Assembly (NCBI GenBank): GCA_963666215.2
Contig: CAXWPL010000004.1
Span: forward strand, 384,001-448,000
Direction: 5' to 3'
From: Acidobacteriota bacterium
GTDB lineage: Bacteria; Acidobacteriota; UBA890; WLXD01
Length of the DNA: 64,000 nt
The position numbers were made by a program, and so were the translations under genes. This document shows positions 21,069-30,163 of the stretch, piece by piece (the first letter of the stretch is position 1; each line of letters begins with the position of its first letter). The notes beneath the pieces were generated by a model. It was not told the origin of the DNA. It did not search any database and saw only the letters and a program-made list of their open reading frames with translations.

Positions 21069-22603
21069 TACTTTTCGTGCTTATGAGGACCGAGGGCCCA
21101 AATCACCTGGAGAGAGAAACGGTTGTCGTGGTCGTCCTCCTCGAAACGTCGTGAACCATAAGAGTACTGGAAACGGAACTTCGCCCACTCGCTTTGCCAC
21201 CACTCCGCATACGGACTGACGCCCCACATGCTCTCGCCGGGCTCGCTCGGCAGCTCGGTGTAGTCACCCCGCACGCCGAGGCTCCAGCGCGGCCCGACCT
21301 TGCGTGTTCCATAGAGGTATCCGCCCCAACTGCCGAGGATGCCGCCCGGTCCGTCGCGGCGCTCGTACAGAACCTCACCGCGCAGCTCGAGTCCTTTATA
21401 AAGAGCCTCGGCCGGTGGCGACCAACCGAGGTTGATGTCGGCACCCATGACCCAGCTGCGGAAGTCGCCAGCGGCATCGTTAACGCCGGTCGCGGCCGAC
21501 AGGCCGAGCTCGAGGTAGGTCGCCTGCGACAGGTCCCAGTAGTTGGTCTCGTGCACCGTGATCACGGGCGCGTCGAAGCCGCGGCCCGAGAACGCGACGT
21601 CGTTGTCGTCGTTGGTGACCTGGATCCACAGCTCGTTGTAGTCGCCAAGGAAGGTAGGCGGCAGCCACGACAGCGAAACACCGAGGCCGGCCAAGCCGTC
21701 CTCGCCGAGGAACGCCTGATGCACCAGCGGGCGGCCAGTTTGCGGCAATGCGTGATGATGCCAGCGGTTCAACTTGCCGAAGTCGTTGCGAAAACGTCCG
21801 AACTTGACCCCAAGCCCGCCGGGGAGCGTCGTCCAGTCGATGTAGAGCTCCTCGACACCGAATTCGCCTTCCTCTTCTACAAGGAAGGCGCGCGCCTGAG
21901 AGTACGGATCGAGCGGCGCCTGCAAGGCCATCTCGAACTCGCCGAGCGTGAACTGGTTCACCTCCGGGTCACCCGTTCGATCGGCCCAGGCACCGAACAC
22001 GTCGCCAGTAACCGAGATCTCCGGATTGAGCTCACGCATGTTGCGCGACCTGTCGGTGAATCTTCGTTGGTCGGCAGGCGCTGGCTGTGCCGGCGCGACT
22101 CCCCCCTGCGGCTGGCTGTCGATGTTGGCGAGCGCGCGAGCAAGCTCGTCCCGCAAGGCCGCCTCGTCCGCGGCTTTCGCCTCCTCTGTGTGCTCCGACA
22201 GTGGGACAAGCTGCGGCGCCGGCTCCTCGCCATGCCGCTCGGCAGGCTCCGGTGACTCCTCTCGGCTGACCGCGAGCCGCCGCTCCAGCTCCTGGAGTCG
22301 GGCTTCGAAGCGTTCATTCAAACCCTGAAACGAGAGCTCCAGCGCAGCTACGCGCGCCTCGAGGGCGACGATACGCTCGGCGCGCTCGGTGTCATCTTGC
22401 TGCGCCGCCACGGTTGTCGGCTCTGCGACCGCCGTCCCCGGGCCAATCCCAATCCCGAGCCCGACCCCTAGAGCCAGCCCAAGTCTGACGAGGCCGATCA
22501 GCCGGCCGCCGCTGGCGGCGCGGCGCATTCGGCGTGTTCGGCGCCAGCGTGGTGCTGGCGTGCGCGGCTGACACGGTGTCCGATTCGGTGCCCAAAACAT
22601 CAT
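21065..22603 (-). CDS. Outer-membrane beta-barrel/porin associated with the metal import operon (start uncertain)
   Basis: Coiled coil, then NPEISV, LDPY, EELYI, FGKLNRWHHH, C-terminal LGPHKHEKY. Confidence 0.75.
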   Translation of the reverse strand: MMFWAPNRTPCQPRTPAPRWRRTRRMRRAASGGRLIGLVRLGLALGVGLGIGIGPGTAVAEPTTVAAQQDDTERAERIVALEARVAALELSFQGLNERFEARLQELERRLAVSREESPEPAERHGEEPAPQLVPLSEHTEEAKAADEAALRDELARALANIDSQPQGGVAPAQPAPADQRRFTDRSRNMRELNPEISVTGDVFGAWADRTGDPEVNQFTLGEFEMALQAPLDPYSQARAFLVEEEGEFGVEELYIDWTTLPGGLGVKFGRFRNDFGKLNRWHHHALPQTGRPLVHQAFLGEDGLAGLGVSLSWLPPTFLGDYNELWIQVTNDDNDVAFSGRGFDAPVITVHETNYWDLSQATYLELGLSAATGVNDAAGDFRSWVMGADINLGWSPPAEALYKGLELRGEVLYERRDGPGGILGSWGGYLYGTRKVGPRWSLGVRGDYTELPSEPGESMWGVSPYAEWWQSEWAKFRFQYSYGSRRFEEDDHDNRFSLQVIWALGPHKHEKY

Positions 22604-22819
22604 CGGGTCGACTCCTGCAAGGCAAGTGAAACGAAGATTTATCGTGAATTCTGATCATGGCACGCACACCCGTCTGCAACACGGTCGCTTATTGCCTGAA
22701 CCACGTCACAGCCACACAGCCGGCGGATGACAACAGCGTCGGCGACGCCCGGCTCGCGAGTCGATGACGATCGCGGCGGCGGCGACAATCACCAAAGCAC
22801 AGGCCACCGCGGGGCGGCC

Positions 22820-23085
22820 TCAGCGCAGGGGCAGGCTGCGGAAGCGCCGCACACCCACCAAGGTCGGAAACACCAGCCAAGCCGCCCAGCCCACGGCGAG
22901 GGGAAGCGTGCTGGATGCGCCGGCGTCGCCCACCGCAGCGGCGCCCCCGGTGTCAGCTCGCTCGGAAGTGCCGACACCGGGCGTCGCCGAAACCAACGCC
23001 GCCAGACGGAACAGATCCACCGGATCCAGCGCTAGGAGCCAGGCGGCGGATCGCTCGACGGTCACGCCACCGAAGCTCCACCTGC
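22820..23085 (-). pseudogene. Possible C-terminal fragment of a NosY-like ABC-2 permease
   Basis: WLLALDPVDLFRLAAL...AWLVFPTLVGVRRFR resembles ABC-2 permease C-termini. Confidence 0.35.
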
Positions 23086-23430
23086 CCCTGGGATCTGGCA
23101 TGGGCATGGGCATGGCCTCGGTGGGGACGGGACCAACTAAACAAGGATAATCGGACATAGGAGTAGGTTATTGTCAATCCGCATGGGCCATCTCTCACCG
23201 AAGATGTCGCCTACCTCCACGAGCTGACACACAGCTACGCTGATGCGGCCGACGTGCCGGTGCTGGCCGCGGCCAGCACCGGCGGCGGCTACTAGTGCAT
23301 CCAGGACGAGACAAACGGGCTCTGTGCCGGCCCAGCGCTGGCTCCTGGACCTCGACCAGCCCTAGCAGCCCGTGGTGGACCGGGGCATCCGCCGTGGGCT
23401 GAGATCTCGTCGGCCGGTCGGGGAACGTTG

Positions 23431-23700
23431 TTATCGCGTCGCGTTACCGCTGTCGTCCACCAACACGACGAGCCAGCGGCCAGCGTAGGAGCTCGGATCG
23501 ATATCCGAGATCCGCGCGGCCTTCCTTCCTTGCGGCGTCAGGACCGTGATCTCGACATCCACAAGGCCCTCCCGCGGGAGCCCGAAGTGAACGGGCATGG
23601 CGTTCTGAGAGTTGTAGCCGGAGCCGGTATCGACGATGCCCGTGCCCAACAGCTTGCCGCTCGCGTCGAACAGCCGCACTTCGGCCCCGGCGCGCCCTGC
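23431..23700 (-). pseudogene. C-terminal ASPIC/UnbV domain fragment (CRTAC1-like protein)
   Basis: GAEVRLFD..VDTGSGYNSQNAMPVHFGL. Confidence 0.75.
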
Positions 23701-23704
23701 GTAC

Positions 23705-23875
23705 CCGGACCGCGCCCGATGACCGGCGCCACATCGAGAACAGACAAGTAGCCGGCGCTCACCAACTCCGCCGCGACCTCACGCGGCTCGTCTCCGAAGT
23801 TGACAACCACCTGGTTGAAGCGGCGCGCGACCACTCCGTCGAACGTGTCGAGTGCCTCTCGAAGAATCGAGATCG
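23705..23875 (-). pseudogene. Internal fragment of an ADOP MacB-like periplasmic domain
   Basis: TFDGVVA..GDEPREVAAELVSAGYLSVLDVAPVIGRG; compare EWVTAGYFSFLGLAPTMGR in 42576-45317. Confidence 0.6.
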
Positions 23876-24297
23876 ACCTCACGGCGATAAACACGTACGC
23901 CTGTGTCCTCGTAGCTCAGCTCGGTGCTCCACTCGCTGTCGGCGCCGCCAGCCTGCGAGATGTGAACGCGCGCGTGGAAGCTCTCGAAGGCCCAGTCGCC
24001 GTCAATTTCCAGACTGTCGCTCTTGTACACGAACTGTGACTCGGCTTCGCGGAACAACGAGCGGTAGTACGCGGCGATGGCGCCAAGGTTGCGCAGCGGC
24101 TCGACCGAGTCGAGATGCAGTGCAGGGCCGGATGCGAACCCGGCCATGACTTCCGCCAGGTCTCCGTCGTTGAGGGCCTCGACCCATTCGCTGCTGAGCT
24201 CGATGATGCTCGCCCGATCGGGATCGGCCGCGGCATGAACGCCAGGAGTCGCGACGAGGGCTACTAGAAGGACGGCGGCCAGGAGGCTCTTCCGCAT
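23779..24297 (-). CDS. Secreted NTF2/SnoaL-like protein with its C-terminus replaced at a junction near 23875
   Basis: Signal peptide; EWVEALNDGDL..IDGDWAFE..GVRVYRRE, then unrelated sequence lacking the expected GSW.. end. Confidence 0.7.
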   Translation of the reverse strand: MRKSLLAAVLLVALVATPGVHAAADPDRASIIELSSEWVEALNDGDLAEVMAGFASGPALHLDSVEPLRNLGAIAAYYRSLFREAESQFVYKSDSLEIDGDWAFESFHARVHISQAGGADSEWSTELSYEDTGVRVYRREVDLDSSRGTRHVRRSGRAPLQPGGCQLRRRAA

Positions 24298-24385
24298 GAG
24301 GGTGTGCTCCACTGGGGATATACAGGGAGATCCGGACTGCGAGCCGCCTGGACACGGCGGCTCGCGAATGCCTTCCGTACCATCT

Positions 24386-24414
24386 ATGACGCGTCGAACC
24401 CTTTCCGGGTTTCC
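24386..24414 (-). promoter_or_regulatory. Putative ECF sigma promoter for the NTF2 gene
   Basis: Minus strand GGAAAC-N17-CGTCAT; a 10-bp perfect hairpin (24339-24365) lies in the leader. Confidence 0.4.
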
Positions 24415-24662
24415 GACAAATTTGCCTGCGGGTCCGCGGATCCGATCTTCTGAGCACTCATCGCGATCACACGCCGGCGCTGATCACGGTGCCCGCGCAG
24501 CCAGAGGCCGGGCGGGGCAGGCTTTCCGCCTGTTGCCCGAGCAGCTTTCGAAACCGTAGGTGACGCCGCCGTGAGAGCTTTTGCGTTCGATCTGCCGGGG
24601 ACCGAAGGAAGGGTCGAGGGCCGGAGGAAGAACCAGATCGCGGGGCAGGTAGCGCGTGATCT

Positions 24663-25451
24663 TCATCGAGCCGCCGCACCGATTGCGATCGGCCGCGTGG
24701 CAACGTTCGCCACCGCCGCGCGAGGAACGCGGCCGAATCTCCTTTGACGACTCGCGAGCTCGGTGAGTGCCGCCTCGAGATCGGGCTCGCCGAAGTCGGG
24801 CCACAGGGTGTCGACAAAGTGAAGCTCTGCGTAGGCGCACTCCCACAGCAGAAAATCGCTCAGCCGCTTCTCGCCGCTCGTGCGGACAAGGAGGTCGACT
24901 GGCGGCGCGCTGCCGAGCGGATGATTCACATGCTGAAGCGCGGCCTCGAGCTCTTCGGGGTTGCCGCTAACCACGAGGCGCGCGGCCTTGGCAAGTTGCT
25001 CCCTGGCTGAGTAGTCGACCGCCAGACGGAGGTTCATCCCGCGGCAGCCGGCAGTGGCGTTCTCGCAGGTCTCGATCGCGCGAATGACCTCGCGGCCCAA
25101 CCGATGGCGATGGCCGATTACCTGGACGCGCACGCCGTGGCGTAGACAGGTAGGAATCTCCTCCACCAGAAAACGTCGGAAGAGAGCCATCAGCGCGCGG
25201 ATCTCGGCCTTTGGCCGCTGCCAGTTGTCGCAAGAAAACGCGTAGAGAGTCAGCGTTCCCACGCCCTGTCGGGCGGCGCTCTCGACCACCCGTCGAACGG
25301 CTCTCGCTCCCTCCCGATGCCCGGCAGATCGAGCCAGTCCACGACTCTCGGCCCAGCGACCGTTGCCGTCCATGATCAGCGCGACATGCGGCAGTCTCGA
25401 CGTTTGAGAAGTACTTTTTATTGCAAAGTTATCATGCAAAAAAAGGGGCAC
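24663..25451 (-). CDS. uppS: Polyprenyl diphosphate synthase (cis-isoprenyl transferase); start uncertain
   Basis: HVALIMDGNGRWA, YAFSCDNWQRP, DLLVRTSGEKRLSDFLLWECAYAEL, RRFG. Confidence 0.93.
   Translation of the reverse strand: MPLFLHDNFAIKSTSQTSRLPHVALIMDGNGRWAESRGLARSAGHREGARAVRRVVESAARQGVGTLTLYAFSCDNWQRPKAEIRALMALFRRFLVEEIPTCLRHGVRVQVIGHRHRLGREVIRAIETCENATAGCRGMNLRLAVDYSAREQLAKAARLVVSGNPEELEAALQHVNHPLGSAPPVDLLVRTSGEKRLSDFLLWECAYAELHFVDTLWPDFGEPDLEAALTELASRQRRFGRVPRAAVANVATRPIAIGAAAR
25409..25430. promoter_or_regulatory. Putative operator, copy 1 (ACTTT-N7-AAAGT)
   Basis: aagtactttttattgcaaagtt; 18/22 identical to 26548-26569. Confidence 0.65.
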
Positions 25452-25467
25452 CGGAACCCGGGTGCTC
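25438..25467 (-). terminator. Intrinsic terminator-like hairpin between the regulator gene and uppS
   Basis: Minus strand GCACCCGGGTTCCGGTGC followed by CCC and T7. Confidence 0.5.
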
Positions 25468-25883
25468 TACTGCTCAGTTCGGGTGGCATCGATCAGCTTC
25501 TCCATGTGGTTGAGATATCGATCCAGGGCACGACGTCCTTTCGTCTCGATTCGATATTCGGTTTTCGGGCGTCTGCCCTCGAACGACTTGATACAACAGA
25601 TGAGTCCAGCCTTCTCCAACTTTCTGGCGTGAACACTGAGGTTCCCGTCGGTCGCTGCCAGCAGGGTCTTGAGCTCACCGAACGTCATCGACGGATGGAC
25701 GCAAAGGGCGCTCAGGATGCCCAGCCGTACGCGTCCTTGGATCAGACGGTCTTCGGGCTTCTCGCCGCGTCCCGCGGCGTAGCTGGCGACGCTTTTCAGG
25801 CGACTCGCGCTGCCCTGCTCGCTCTTCGTAGCCACTTCCGATTGAACCTTCCTTCTCGCCCTAGCCACCGTGGCGCCTCGCAA
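25467..25883 (-). CDS. Winged-helix (HTH_34, ArsR/MarR-like) transcriptional regulator
   Basis: RLGILSAL..MTFGELKTLL..TDGNLSVHARKLEKAG..KSFEGRRPKTEY. Confidence 0.9.
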   Translation of the reverse strand: MRGATVARARRKVQSEVATKSEQGSASRLKSVASYAAGRGEKPEDRLIQGRVRLGILSALCVHPSMTFGELKTLLAATDGNLSVHARKLEKAGLICCIKSFEGRRPKTEYRIETKGRRALDRYLNHMEKLIDATRTEQ

Positions 25884-26514
25884 TCCACAGTCCGAAGATC
25901 ACGTGGAGAGCGCCGAAGCCCAGGCCGAGGAGCCAACTCGCCCACGATGTGGGAGCTATCAACGCGATGGCGCCGAGAAACATGCACAGCCCACCCATGA
26001 TTGGCACAGAACGAACCGACGAGGTGCCGCCGGCAACGGTGCCAGCGCCGTAGAGCAGCAGCCACATCGCAGGCAACAGCGACATGGTGCTGGGGTCTGC
26101 CCGATACACAGCCGGTGTCATCAGCGCGCCCACGAGAATGGGGGGGAAGAGTCCGAAGAGAAGCCGGCGGCCGGCGTGCCCGGTGAGCGAGGTGCCTTGT
26201 CGCGTACATTTGCGCCACGCCGCCACTCCTCCGATCGGCACAGCCACACACGCCGCGACGAGCCAAATTCGGAGCCAAGCTGCGGGAGAACCGGGGGTGG
26301 CAGCCGCCGTCTCTAAATCCCCGGCCACCAACGCGGCTGTGACACCGACGATCCCCATGCCAACACCGCCCCAGCCCGGCACCGCGGTGAAAACACCCGC
26401 CGCCGCCATCGTTCCGCGAATGAAACTGAGGTTCCGCGCCGCGTGTTGATGCAGATGCGAGGGCGACTCATGGTCATCGAGTCGCTTGTCGGGTGCGTCG
26501 ACCGTCTGAAGCAT
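25861..26514 (-). CDS. Conserved membrane protein co-transcribed with the regulator
   Basis: NLSFIRGTM..FTAVPGWG..WLLLYG..GFGALHVIFG..IARRHGG. Confidence 0.8.
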   Translation of the reverse strand: MLQTVDAPDKRLDDHESPSHLHQHAARNLSFIRGTMAAAGVFTAVPGWGGVGMGIVGVTAALVAGDLETAAATPGSPAAWLRIWLVAACVAVPIGGVAAWRKCTRQGTSLTGHAGRRLLFGLFPPILVGALMTPAVYRADPSTMSLLPAMWLLLYGAGTVAGGTSSVRSVPIMGGLCMFLGAIALIAPTSWASWLLGLGFGALHVIFGLWIARRHGG

Positions 26515-26547
26515 GTGACAAGAATAGACGATCCTTCTGAAATATCA

Positions 26548-26569
26548 AAGTACTTCTCTTTACAAAGTT
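26548..26569. promoter_or_regulatory. Putative operator, copy 2, upstream of the membrane protein/regulator operon
   Basis: aagtacttctctttacaaagtt in an AT-rich patch. Confidence 0.65.
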
Positions 26570-26620
26570 TGAGGATCGGAGGGACCGCGGCAATCGACGG
26601 CCTGGCCGGACGCTCAGTGG

Positions 26621-26911
26621 AACCCGGAGGGAGCCTGGTATTCGTACGACGATGAGACGTGCGACTACGACTGCATGGGCTCGGAGTACATCTACTGGGC
26701 CTTCACGTCGTTCCTGGGCGCGCAGGACATTCCCGGCCGCCTCGAGCAGGTGGGACACGAGTGGAAGTTGACCACGCGAGCCCTGCTCGAGGAGCGCGAC
26801 CCCACGGTTTTCGAGATTTTCAGCCGTCCGGAATACAAGCTTCCGAGTGTGACGCCGGACGGCAGGTACAGCGGCCGGGAGCTCGTGATCGAGCCCTACA
26901 CTCATCGATAG
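26621..26911 (+). pseudogene. C-terminal fragment of a conserved hypothetical protein
   Basis: NPEGAWYSYDDETCDYDCMGSEYIYWAFTSFLGAQ..EWKLTT..LPSVTPDGRY; coding-like, no evident N-terminus. Confidence 0.5.
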
Positions 26912-26935
26912 AGGCTCCGTAGCCAAGGAAAAGCC

Positions 26936-28310
26936 ATGAGATTTCGAGGAAAGATCCTGCTGCCCTGCGTGATCCTCGCCCTGACGAGCGTGAGCTCGTA
27001 TGCAAGTACCCAGCAACTGCCACGGCGGACGGCGGATACCGACGCCGAGGCCGTCCGCCTGATGCGCAACGAGAAGCTCGACCTGATTCTGCCGGGGGCG
27101 TTACGCGACAACGGCGTGGACATGTGGATCCACGTCACCCGTGGCGACGACCCCGATCCTCTGGCGCTGCAGTTCGGTCGCACCGCGGGCTACTTGATCT
27201 TCACCGACCGTGGTGACCGCATCGAGCGCGCCGTGTTCGGCCGCGGCGGCGCCGTTGAGAAGATCGACGTGCGCGGCTCGGCCGAGCTCGGCCTGGCGAT
27301 CTCGGGCTACGACCACCCGCCCGGCGTCTACGGCGAGATCACGCGCTTCGTCGAGGAGCGAGATCCGCAGGTGATCGCGGTGAACACGTCGGAGATGGAA
27401 ACCGTTGCCGATGGCATCTCCCACTCCGAGTACCTGAAGCTCGAGCGCATCCTGGGTCCTAACTACAGTGCCCGCATCGTCTCGGCCGAAGGTGTGATTC
27501 GCGACTTCCTGCTGCGACGCACCGCCCGCGAGGTCGCCGCTCAGGTGGAGGTGCTGGCGCTCGCTCGCCAGCGTGCCAAGGAAAACCTCTCCAAGGTCGT
27601 CCCTGGCGTGACGACGATCGCCGACATCAACGCCCGCGTCTACTACTCGGCCGTCAACCCGCCCGAAGAGACAGTCCCGATCTCCACACCCGACGTCCGT
27701 TGGTTCATCCACAACCCCGACTACGTGCTGCAACGCGGTGACCTGTTCGTTGGCGGCGGCGAAGGTCCGGGCGGCGAGTACATGGGCTTCGGTGTCGACA
27801 CCAAGATCCACGCCTACATCCTGCGCGAGGGCGCGACCAAGGTCCCAGACTTCCTACAAGATGTGTACGAGAAGGCCATCACCGGGCAGTGGATTCTGCG
27901 CGACCACTTTGAAGGTCGGCATGACCGCCAAGGAATCCCTCGATGCGATGGTCGTCGCGATGGAGGCTGAGGGCTACGTCTACACACCCTTCCGAGATAT
28001 CGGCACGCAGGACTACGAAATGATCCAGGAGCCGCTAGCCGGCACCGACAAGCCCGGCTTCTCGATCGACAACCACGCCTTCGGCAACTACGGCGATATG
28101 GGGCCGTCGATGGCCGCGTTCCGCTCCAACACCCATGACCAGCGGATCCAGGACAACCACCTGTTCGCCTTCGAGTACATGGTGCACATGAACATCGCCG
28201 AGCGCCCCGGCTACCCGCTTGCCTTCAACATCTCGAACCCGCAGCTCATCACCAGCAAGGGCGTCGAGTTCATCCAGCCGCTCAACGAGGAGATCTTCCT
28301 GATTCACTGA
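26936..28310 (+). CDS. Secreted M24-like protein, frameshift near 27909
   Basis: ILPGALRDNGVDMWI, DPQVIAVN, DGISHSEY, HAYILREG; extra T in cactttgaag joins ORFs 26936-27970 and 27738-28310. Confidence 0.75.
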
Positions 28311-28404
28311 GCGGGCAGTTGCTTGGGAGCCGCGCCGGAAACTCGAATCAGCGTGCCTGTGGGCCGGCCCATCGCACTACAATTCGAGCCGAGGAGAGGA
28401 ACGG

Positions 28405-29184
28405 ATGATCACTCTCTACCATCTGGCGATTTCGCACTACTCCGAGAAAGTGCGCTGGGCGCTCGATATCAAGTTGGTGCCGCACGCGCGCGAGGCGCTG
28501 ATCCCAGGCCTGCACCGGTTGCAGATGCGGCGGGTTGCGGGAGAGAGAACGGCTCCCGCCCTGGTCGATACAGCCACCGACACGCGGCTGGGCGAGTCGT
28601 CGGCGATCCTCCAATGGCTCGACGAGAACTACCCGGTGCCGCTCCTGTACCCGCCGGACGGCGAGGCTCGCACGGATGTGGTCAACAAAGCGGCCTACTG
28701 CGACGAGAACGTTGGCGGCGCGGTCGCCGGTTACTCGTATGCGCACCTGATCGATTTCCCGAAGGCACTGAAGGCACGCTGGACCACCGGCCTCTCGGCG
28801 CGGCAGCGCCCTGTCCTGTCGCTGATGTTCCCGATCGTCCGACCGTTTCTACGCCGCGGGTTCGAACTGACGCCAGAGAACACCGCGCGCCGCGGCAATG
28901 AGATCCACGACGCCTGTGACCAGATCGAGAGGTGGCTGATGGCTTCGGGCACCGGCTACTTGGCTGGTGGGGACTTCACGGCCGCCGACTTGACGGCCGC
29001 GAGCCTCCTAGGACCCTTATTGCGCCCGGAAGGATCGCCGTGGGCGGCAACGGGCCACGCGGCGGTCATAGCCGCGGCGGCCGGCTTCCCTCCGCCCAGC
29101 TACGTCGAGTTTCGCGACGAGCTCATGCGACGCACCGCAGCGCAGTGGGCGCTCGGCATCTGGCGGCGCCACCGCCGCGCGTAG
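28405..29184 (+). CDS. Glutathione S-transferase family protein
   Basis: ISHYSEKVRWALD, ESSAILQWLD, YLAGGDFTAADLT. Confidence 0.92.
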   Translation: MITLYHLAISHYSEKVRWALDIKLVPHAREALIPGLHRLQMRRVAGERTAPALVDTATDTRLGESSAILQWLDENYPVPLLYPPDGEARTDVVNKAAYCDENVGGAVAGYSYAHLIDFPKALKARWTTGLSARQRPVLSLMFPIVRPFLRRGFELTPENTARRGNEIHDACDQIERWLMASGTGYLAGGDFTAADLTAASLLGPLLRPEGSPWAATGHAAVIAAAAGFPPPSYVEFRDELMRRTAAQWALGIWRRHRRA

Positions 29185-29267
29185 CTCGACGGCTTCGACC
29201 AGCTTCGCCCGTTGTACGCGCGACAACATCGGCACGGCGAGACAAGCCGACCTTGCCGGATCGCTAG

Positions 29268-29711
29268 CTAGCGCGGCAGGACGGTCCGAACGGGAAAGCG
29301 CCGGAAGCCACGATCGAAGGTCACGAGCTCGAGGTCGGTGGCCATGGCGTGCGCCGCGAGATAGGCGTCTGTCCAAAGTCCGGGAGTTACCGGCGCGGAC
29401 CCGCGCGCGCGCACGAGGTTCTTGAGGATGTCGTCGAGTTCGGGCGGCTCGGTGAAGAACTCGACTGGCCGTTGCTCGGCCAGCACCGAGTAGTCGTCCC
29501 AAGCCTCTGCGGCCGTCCGAATGGACCGACCCATCACATGGCGATTGCACAGAAGCCGCAGGAACCCCATCTGCGTGAGTCGGCAAAAACCGACGACAGC
29601 CTTGTCGGGCACGACCTCCTGCTCCCACCACGCGACGGCCCGATTGTGATGTGGATGCGGCTCGAGAACGGTGGCGAGCCAGACGTTGACGTCAGCTAGG
29701 ATCCGCCGCAT
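29268..29711 (-). CDS. VapC PIN-domain toxin
   Basis: LADVNVWLA, GFLRLL, WTDAYLAA, LVTFDRGF. Confidence 0.9.
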   Translation of the reverse strand: MRRILADVNVWLATVLEPHPHHNRAVAWWEQEVVPDKAVVGFCRLTQMGFLRLLCNRHVMGRSIRTAAEAWDDYSVLAEQRPVEFFTEPPELDDILKNLVRARGSAPVTPGLWTDAYLAAHAMATDLELVTFDRGFRRFPVRTVLPR

Positions 29712-30006
29712 GTGCTGCCGCTTGTGTTTCTTCCTTTTCGAGCAGCTCATGGACCCGCGCCGAAGTCAGATCACGAAGCGCACGACCGCCGGGGCCGCGC
29801 ACGATCGGAAAGAAGCAGCCGCCGCCCAGGTCCTGGCGCTCGTCGACGCCATACGCGGGCGCGCGCTCCGCCACCGTCATCAAGCCGCCGTCGAGGGCCG
29901 CGCGGACCGCCTCTGTGACGTAGTCCTTGAGCTTCATACCCCGCAGGGCCGCCTCGGACTTCGCTCGCCGAAGAATTTCTTCCGGAATGTCGATCGTCGT
30001 GCGCAT
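29692..30006 (-). CDS. VapB-like RHH antitoxin
   Basis: MRTTIDIPEEILRRAKSEAALRG; overlaps the toxin gene. Confidence 0.85.
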   Translation of the reverse strand: MRTTIDIPEEILRRAKSEAALRGMKLKDYVTEAVRAALDGGLMTVAERAPAYGVDERQDLGGGCFFPIVRGPGGRALRDLTSARVHELLEKEETQAAAHAADPS

Positions 30007-30014
30007 GGACACAT

Positions 30015-30039
30015 TTTGATGCGTTTGATGCTTTGATGC
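30015..30039. promoter_or_regulatory. Three direct repeats TTTGATGC, probable antitoxin operator
   Basis: tttgatgc g tttgatgc tttgatgc immediately upstream of the antitoxin ATG. Confidence 0.65.
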
Positions 30040-30163
30040 AACGACGAATCGTGGGGCCTCGGAGTATGGAGCGCCATCGTCGGGCGTCGTAGCCCGGCGT
30101 GTCGCATCTCGGAGTTCGCCATGGTCGCGCGCTCCCTGCCTCAACCAACTTCGCCCTTTCGCC

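Noticed and set aside
22622-22650. Zur/Fur box upstream of the metal operon
   Set aside because: Only a weak ACGA-N7-TCGT symmetry, with a poor match to known boxes.
23135-23180. AT-richer patch (CTAAACAAGGATAATCGGACATAG) as a dif site or IS end
   Set aside because: No convincing XerD arm, no second copy and no transposase.
7595-27915. Programmed frameshifting in the queA-like and M24-like genes
   Set aside because: Single extra T in short T runs without slippery heptamers; mutation or sequencing error is more likely.
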